From NCBI RefSeq assembly GCF_009914755.1, contig NC_060935.1: a stretch of 64,000 nt of DNA, one strand, 5' to 3'. Positions 51,995 through 64,000 of this stretch are shown in pieces. Position numbers and translations under genes: made by a program. Source of the stretch: the human T2T-CHM13v2.0 reference genome, Homo sapiens. The notes beneath the pieces are model-generated. The model ran no database searches and had not been told where the DNA came from. It saw only the letters and a list, made by a program, of their open reading frames with translations. Each line of letters begins with the position of its first letter. Position 1 is the first letter of the stretch.

Positions 51995-52385
51995 TGTGTT
52001 AGTCCATCCTGCATTACTGTAAAGGAATACCTGACACTAGGTGATTTATAAGGAAAGTAGGTTTATTTGGCTCACAGTTCTGCAGGTTGTACAAGCATAG
52101 TGTCAGCATCTGCTCAGCTTTTGGTGGGGACCTCAGGGAGCTTACAGTCATGGTAGAAAGTGAAGCAGAGCCAGAGTGTCACATGGAGAGAGAGGAAGTA
52201 AAAGAGACAGGAGGAGTTTCCAGGGTCTTTTAAACAACCAGCTCTCATGTGAACTCACTGCTGCAGAGAGGGATTCATAAGGGATGCACCCCCATGACCC
52301 AAATACCTCCTGCCAGGCTCCCCCTCCAACACTGGGGGTTACATTTCAATGAGATTTGGAGGGGACAAACATCCAAACTATATCA
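51995..52385 (-). mobile_element. MSTB-like MaLR solo LTR
   Basis: tgtgttagtccatcctgcattactgtaaaggaatacctg...ggggacaaacatccaaactatatca. Confidence 0.9.
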
Positions 52386-52454
52386 GCCAACATCTTGCAA
52401 TTTAAGTGGGAGGATTCCCACAGTTTGCAGTCTTGCAGTTTAAAAAGCCAGGCT

Positions 52455-52790
<336 letters not shown>

Positions 52791-53894
52791 TTAGGAGGTT
52801 GTCCTGCCACTGAAGCCCACTATTCAGAATTGTCTCAAAACAGAAGCAGTGAAGTGAAGAGGCAGGAAGGTGTACAAAGAGCAAGCCGTAAAAGGGAAAG
52901 ATCTTCAGGTTTAAAATCAACATCTAAACAAGATGTGTGCTGGCATCACTCTCACAGGTAATAAATAGGCTGGATGCCTGCCCAGAATTTAGAGAGAAAT
53001 TTTGCCCAAAATAACTCCAGGCCCGGCCACCAATGGTCTAAGATTTTCAAGCCCTAAGAACTCCAGGGTCTTGATTTCCACCAACAAGAAGCAGGTTGTG
53101 GAATCACGGCAGTCCCACAGGGTTACATCTTTCTCAATGCCCTTCTCATATTCAGCCTTGGGGAATAATATATAAGAACTACAGGCCCAGAGAGCAGAGC
53201 CAGGGCTGCCAGTCAGCTACCAAGGCATGGAGTCCACCGCTAGGGCAAGAAGGTGTCTTTCTTACTGCCCAGAAGATTTGATGATTGTTCTGGACTGATG
53301 TGTCTCTAATTCACCTCTGTTCTGAATTGTAGTTTTATTGCTGTTATCCTCTTCCTCCTCCACCACTGTATATTGGCATGTGTAGGAGACAGACAAAAAA
53401 ATATTAAATTTATTCATTATGGGAACTCAAGAAACTGACAAATACTTGGTGACTTTGAGCTGAATCCTATAATTGAATGAGACTTTGGGGATGTCAGCCT
53501 ATGCCTGAAAAGAAGGGTAGGTATCAATGTTGCTTACCCAAGGGTAGACTGGGACAAGCGCCAGTCACTGCCTATGCATTATCCTCTCTCCTGTTCTTCC
53601 TTCATTACAAAAATCTATTTTGTATGAAGAATCAAGGTGTCCAGTTAAAATATTCAGTCTCCCAGATTGAAATGACCCTGTGTCACTTTCCTGACCACTG
53701 AAAGAGTAATGTTTTTGTTTTTTGTTTTTTGTTTTTAAAGGATAGAGTCATTTGAGATGTTGAGACAGAGTCTACTGAATTTTTCCTCTGTTTTCCTACC
53801 CCCTTTTCCCTGTCTGGAATGTGAGTGTGTTGCCTAGAAGATAGAGGATCTATCTTGTGATCTTGAAAATGAAAACCGCACCAGGGATGTGGTA

Positions 53895-54050
53895 GAATGT
53901 TCTCACCACAAAAAAAAAAAAGATAAGTGTGTGAGGTAATAAATATGTGCATTAGTTTGATTTAGCCATTCTACAATGTATACATATATCAAAAATGTTG
54001 TATACTATAAATATATACAATTTTTGTTTGTCAAAAACAATTTAAAGAGG
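53895..54050 (+). mobile_element. L1MA 3' end fragment
   Basis: atgttctcaccacaaaa...ataagtgtgtgaggtaataaatatgtgcattagtttgatttagccattctacaatgtatacatatatcaaaa. Confidence 0.8.
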
Positions 54051-54566
54051 AAAGCAAAAAAAGAGAGAGAATGGACTTTCACAACTTTATGGATCAAATG
54101 AATTAAGTATTTTTTATAAGAAGGAGAAATAAACTCCTTGAGATAAAACTGCTGATGTTTGGGGTTGCTATGATGCACAGCCAAAAGCAAACCCTATTTA
54201 ATGTAGATCCTGAAGTGGAAAAGCATGGCCAATAAAGTTTTTGCCAACAGCTAAAGACAATCACTCCATGGTGAAGTGCAGCAAAGCAGGAAATAAAAGA
54301 ATAAAAATTTCTTGCCAATTGTTCAGAATAAATCAGAAGACTCCAGGCTGGTGACTAGATGGATTCTTCCTCTTGCCAAGTTGATACTCTGTGCATTTGA
54401 GTGCCTGAGGCAGACACCATGTCTATATTTATGTGTAGGAGATTCCTGAAGGCCAAAGCAACTTGCAATACAACACAGTATATATTTCATGCAAACCCAA
54501 CATCTTTGTTGCATATGGTTTGGTGGGGTAAAAATCAGCTGTAGAATGAGACAGATTAATATTTGA

Positions 54567-54875
<309 letters not shown>

Positions 54876-55772
54876 AGCTATATAATCTTGATGAGCTTTA
54901 ATATCATCAAAAAGTTAGAATAAGATAATTCATGTTGATGCTTAAATAATTTTATAGCATGAAAACAAAGTTAGGATATATCCAAGTACATGAATACTGA
55001 GAGACATGATTCATTGGTGCCACCAAACTAACAAGTTACCCTACCAATAAATGATGCTCATAAAGACATTCGAGACAATTCAAGTTGTAGCAGCCCTCAT
55101 TCTTTCAACTTTAATAGCTTCACCTTCTGCAGCAATAAAGAGACCACCACGATAAAATAGTAATTCTTTAACAATTTTCTTTAGATTCCTTCAACATCAA
55201 GTACCCCTCTTGTATCTCAATCTACATTATACTGAAGCTACTTGCATTCATATCTTATCCCATTAACTAGATTATGAGCATCTCAAGAAAGAAGAAATTC
55301 TCATACTCAAGTTTTTTAGTTTTCTACTCCTACTCCCTATAAGTAGAAACAGCTCTATAATGACATGCCTAGGATTGATCTCAAAGAAGCCTAAAGTCTA
55401 TAAGTGTCTTAAGGCCTTTTGGAGGAACAAGTACAAGGAAACAAAGATGATGTTCATTCAGGAGCTCCAGCTTTTGAACTCGTTCAGTCATCACAGCCAC
55501 TACTTATTGAACACTATCTCCTCACAAGGCACTGTAGGTGAAGTATCACTAATCCTTTCAGAAATACTGCAAGCTAAAGATAACATCTCCATTTTAGATG
55601 GAAAGATCAAAGCTCGAAGAGGTTATGTGATTTGCCACTGGCCACAAAATTATTAAATTACAGATACTTATGATTAAAACCCAGGTTTGTACCATTGCAG
55701 AACCCGTATTCTTATTACCTCTTCACACTGAGTGCCTGTACTACAAATTTCCAGAAAATGCAACTCTGTGCT

Positions 55773-55941
55773 CAGGGCAGATTTTATGAGCATGTATCTT
55801 ACATAGGGCCCTACTCGTAGAAAGGCCCAGGCATGGTCTAATGCTCCACGGTCACTGTTTGGAAATCCTTCATAAGTTATGGACAAGAAGCTCTGCCTTT
55901 TCATTTTGCACTGGTCTCCACAAATTGTGTAGCTGGTCCTG
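55773..55941 (+). mobile_element. MER45A-like hAT MITE
   Basis: cagggcagattttatg...ttttcattttgcactggtctccacaaattgtgtagctggtcctg. Degenerate 8-bp TSD tctgtgct / ttggtgct. Confidence 0.8.
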
Positions 55942-57189
55942 TTGGTGCTCATATGAGAAGCATTTTGCCAGGTTGCACTTAACCTTTTGTAAACTAAGTT
56001 TCTTTTTCTCAAACACAGTGGCTGCAAGTAGAATAGGTGCGCACTGTGAGTTTTTCTACTTAAAAATATCTCTCCCTAATATTTACCCCCAAAGTATTAC
56101 CTCAATATATGCATTCCCTTAAGTTCACAAAAAAAGTTCCCCTCACAAAGTTTTATACATCCCATGATCTCACAACACTCACCCTGAATACCCTTTTTAT
56201 TTCTCTACTCCAAGCCAAATCATTTCCAAAACACTCTTTTAATTCCCCTTAATACCGTTGCAAGGACATGCTTTAATAAAACCCCCAAATCTATACTAGT
56301 AAGGCGATAAATTATTGGGTAATTATTCACAACACAAAGAATTATTCACCATGGACTCCTTTAAATATACACTGAGAGCTCATTACTTGTTTACAAGCCA
56401 TTAACCACTTGAGAGGTTATGATGTGGAGAGACAAACTGGAGGACTGGCTACTCCAAGGCTGAAGTCGGGGTTGTGGGGCTTAAACCACTAATGTAGGAC
56501 GATAGATAGCAGGGACAGTGGGCCAGATGAAGGAACCCAGTGAAGAGAGAGTCCACAATAACAACACAACTTACAACATCAGCATAAAGGTGTATTTGGG
56601 GCTGAATTCAAGGTGGATACTAAGGCTTAAAAACAGGTGTAGAAGTAAGCTGTTATGCCCTGAAGGAAATGCTGAGACTATTTAGCGGGATGATCTGTGA
56701 TGATTTGAAGCTTTAGCTTAACTGACTAAACTATGGGAACTTTGGCCTGAAGTATCATATGAACAATCGTATCTCTACACATCTCCACCTGAGTGTTCTG
56801 TGCTGTGACCCTGCTCAGGCTGGGTTCATCATCTTCTCCTGATGGGCCAGTGGTATGCCCCAATGATGGTGAATCTTCAGATTCTAGAGCATCACCCTTT
56901 GTCTTCACTGTACTCTGAATGGCTTTAAGGGCCAGTCGCTGATTCAAAAGTATATGAGACAACTTGGTCCAGGGATATTGGTTTTGAATGGCACATGACA
57001 CGATGTAGTTTTGCCAAACCCAGTGTCATGATACAGGGCACATACAGTTCGGTGCCTATGCCAGGGACAACTGAACTTGGGGAAAGATGGCCTAGAGTAA
57101 TAAATCCCTCCATACCCGTACAGACACCAAACTAGAATCTTCCAACACATACTAAAGTAAAAGAGAACAGGGATATCTATCCATGTATA

Positions 57190-57695
57190 AATTCTATAAC
57201 ACCTGCTTAAAATCTCCTGTAGGTGTTCTATTTAGTTAGAATAAAATGCATCCTCCTCATCATGCCCCATCACTCCAGCCTCTCCAGCCTCATCTCTTCC
57301 TACTCTTCCTTCTTCCTCACCCTGGCCAACTCTGCTCTAGCCACATTGATCATCTTGCTGTTTCTTGAACAGATCAAGCTTGTATCCACTGTGTGGCATT
57401 TGCACTTGCTATTCCAGCTGAGTATCCTCTCAGATCCCAGATGTTTGCAAAGCTGACTCTTTCGTATCATTTGGAGCTCATATCAGATCGACCTCTTAAA
57501 TGGGGAACCTCCCTGGAAAGATATTGCTTATTTATTTGTACATTTATTGTTTATTATCCATCTGCCCCCTCTAAAATCTAAGCTCCACGAGAACAGGAAC
57601 TGTACTTGTACTGTTCACTGCTAAATCCCCATTTTCTAGGATAGTGCCCTGGCACATAGAAGCAATGAACACATATTTGTTTTGTGAATAAGTAC
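57190..57695 (+). mobile_element. L2 3' region
   Basis: ctctccagcctcatctc...ggcatttgcacttgctattcc...taagctccacgagaacagg...gcacatagaagcaatgaacacatatttgttttgtgaataa. Confidence 0.8.
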
Positions 57696-58121
57696 ATGAG
57701 CATACTATCAATACTTTAGTTGCAACCTGTAGTCTAAGTGTTGAAAGTTGATGGACAAAGTAGGGGCATGGCATTTTCAAAACTAAGTAGGGATGAGATA
57801 AAATGGGCCTGTAAGAAGAATGCAGAGAAACAGAAGAAATGCACTCTTTGCAAAGACAGGATGAAGAAATCTTCAATCAGCCAGTGCACTGTGAGGAGCT
57901 GCTGGACTGGAAAGGCTTATCCCTGGGGACCTCAGTAGAATTTGGTAGGTATGCACTGTGGAGGCCTATACAGCAGTTGGAAGAATTAGACTAGATGCAC
58001 ACATAGCCACACGGATGGATCTTAACAACATAATACAGACCAAAAAAAAAAGAAGAAGAAAAGTAACAGAATGACATATTATACAATGCCATTGACATAA
58101 GCTAAAAATACAAAAATATAA

Positions 58122-58813
<692 letters not shown>

Positions 58814-59719
58814 GGTGGAGGAGCCAAGATGGCCAAATAGGAACAGCTCTGGTCTACAGCTCCCAGCCTGAGCGACGCAGAAGACCGGTGATTTCTGCAT
58901 TTCCATCTGAGGTACCAGGTTCATCTCACTAGGTAGTGCCAGACAGTGGGCGCAGGACAGTGGGTGAGTGCACCTTGCACGAGCCGAAGCAGGGCGAGGC
59001 ATTGCCTCACTCGGGAAGCGCAAGGGGTCAGGGAGTTCCCTTTCCTAATCAAAGAAAGGGGTGACGGATGGCACCTGGAGAATCGGGTCACTCCCACCCG
59101 AATACTGCGCTTTTCCAACGGGCTTAAAAAACAGCACACCACGAGATTATATCCCACACCTGGCTCAGAGGGTCCTACCCCAGGGAGTCTCACTGATTGC
59201 TAGCACAGCAGTCTGAGATCAAACTGCAAGGCGGCAGCCAGGTTGGGGGAGGGGCGCCCACCATTGCCCAGGCTTGCTTAGGTAAACAAAGCAGCCGGGA
59301 AGCTCGAACTGGGTGGAGCCCACCATAGCTCAAGGAGGCCTGCATGCCTCTGTAGGCTCCACCTCTGGGGGCAGGGCACAGACCAAAAAAAAGACAGCAG
59401 TAACCTCTGCAGACTTAAATGTCCCTGTCTGACAGCTTTGAAGAGAGCAGTGGTTCCCCCAGTAGGCAGCTGGAGATCTGAGAACGGGCAGACTGCCTCC
59501 TCAAGTGGGTCCCTGACCCCTGACCCCCAAGCAGCCTAACTGGGAGGCAACCTCCAGCAGGGGCACACTGACACCTCACATGGCAGGGTACTCCAACAGA
59601 CCTGCAGCTGAGGGTCCTGTCTGTTAGAAGGAAAACTAACAAACAGAAAGGACATCCACACCAAAAACCCATCTGTACATCACCATCATCAAAGACCAAA
59701 AGTAGATAAAAACACAAAG

Positions 59720-60752
59720 ATGGGGAAAAAAACAGAACAGAAAAACTGGAAACTCTAAAAAGCAGAGCACCTCTCCTCCTCCAAAGGAACGCAGCTCCTC
59801 ACCAGCAACGGAACACAGCTGGACGGAGAATGACTTTGACGAGCTGAGAGAAGAAGGCTTCAGACGATCAAATTACCCTGAGCTACGGGAGGGCATTCAA
59901 ACCAAAAGCAAAGAAGTTGAGAACTTTGAAAAAAATTTAGAAGAATGTATAACTAGAATAATCAATGCAGAGAAGTGCTTAAAGGAGCTGATGGAGCTGG
60001 AAACCAAGGCTCGAGAACTACGTGAAGAATGCAGAAGCCTCAGGAGCCGATGCGATCAACTGGAAGAAAGGGTATCAGCAATGGAAGATGAAATGAATGA
60101 AATGAAGCGAGAAGGAAAGTTTGGAGAAAAAAGAATAAAAAGAAACGAGCAAAGCCTCCAAGAAATATGGGACTATGTGAAAAGACCAAATCTACGTCTG
60201 ACTGGTGTACCTGAAAGTGATGGGGAGAATGGAACCAAGTTGGAAAACACTCTGTAGGATATTATCCAGGAGAATTTCCCCAATCTAGCAAGGCAGGCCA
60301 ATGTTCAGATTCAGGAAATACAGAGAACGTCACAAAGATACTCCTCGAGAAGAGCAACTCCAAGACACATAATTGTCAGATTCACCAAAGTTGAAACGAA
60401 GGAAAAAATGTTAAGGGCAGCCAGAGAGAAAGGTCGGGTTACCCACAAAGGGAAGCCCATCAGACTAACAGCGGATCTCTCGGCAGAAACCCTACAAGCC
60501 AGAAGAGAGTGGGGGCCAATATTCAACATTCTTAAAGAAAAGAATTTTCAACCCAGAATTTCATATCCAGCCAAACTAAGCTTCATAAGTGAAGGAGAAA
60601 TAAAATACTTTACAGACAAGCAAATGCTGAGAAATGTTGTCACCACCAGGCCTGCCCTAAAAGAGCTCCTGAAGGAAGCGCTAAACATGGAAAGGAACAA
60701 CCGTAACAGCCGCTGCAAAATCATGCCAAAATGTAAAGACCATCGAGACTAG
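59720..60752 (+). pseudogene. L1 ORF1p, disrupted
   Basis: A7 instead of A6 after ATGGGG (+1 frameshift). TAG at 60255-60257. Aberrant C-terminus. Confidence 0.9.
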
Positions 60753-60784
60753 GAAGAAACTGCATCAACTAACAAGCAAAATAA

Positions 60785-64000
<3,216 letters not shown>

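Overview
This window is primate (most likely human or great-ape) non-coding DNA made mostly of interspersed repeats: an LTR12/ERV9 LTR, L1s of many ages (L1M to L1PA2), Alus, MaLR and ERV LTRs, Hsmar2, Tigger1, MER45, L2, L3 and MIR. I see no intact protein-coding gene, RNA gene or CRISPR array, and no evidence for a new biological system. The most notable items are retrotransposition fossils. (1) A processed COX6C pseudogene (~58185-58813) keeps non-anthropoid-like residues and was later hit by two L1s. (2) A MER50-type ERV transcript was retrocopied by L1 machinery: its LTR ends at the polyA site, followed by an A-tail and a perfect 14-bp TSD. (3) A twin-primed L1PA2 is nested inside another twin-primed L1. 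(4) An Alu carries a Yd-type 12-bp deletion plus a 13-bp insertion. (5) There is a three-armed Alu. (6) An unidentified A-tailed ~140-bp insert sits inside Hsmar2. Subfamily names come from recalled consensus sequences, not from a database search. Boundaries of old repeats are approximate.
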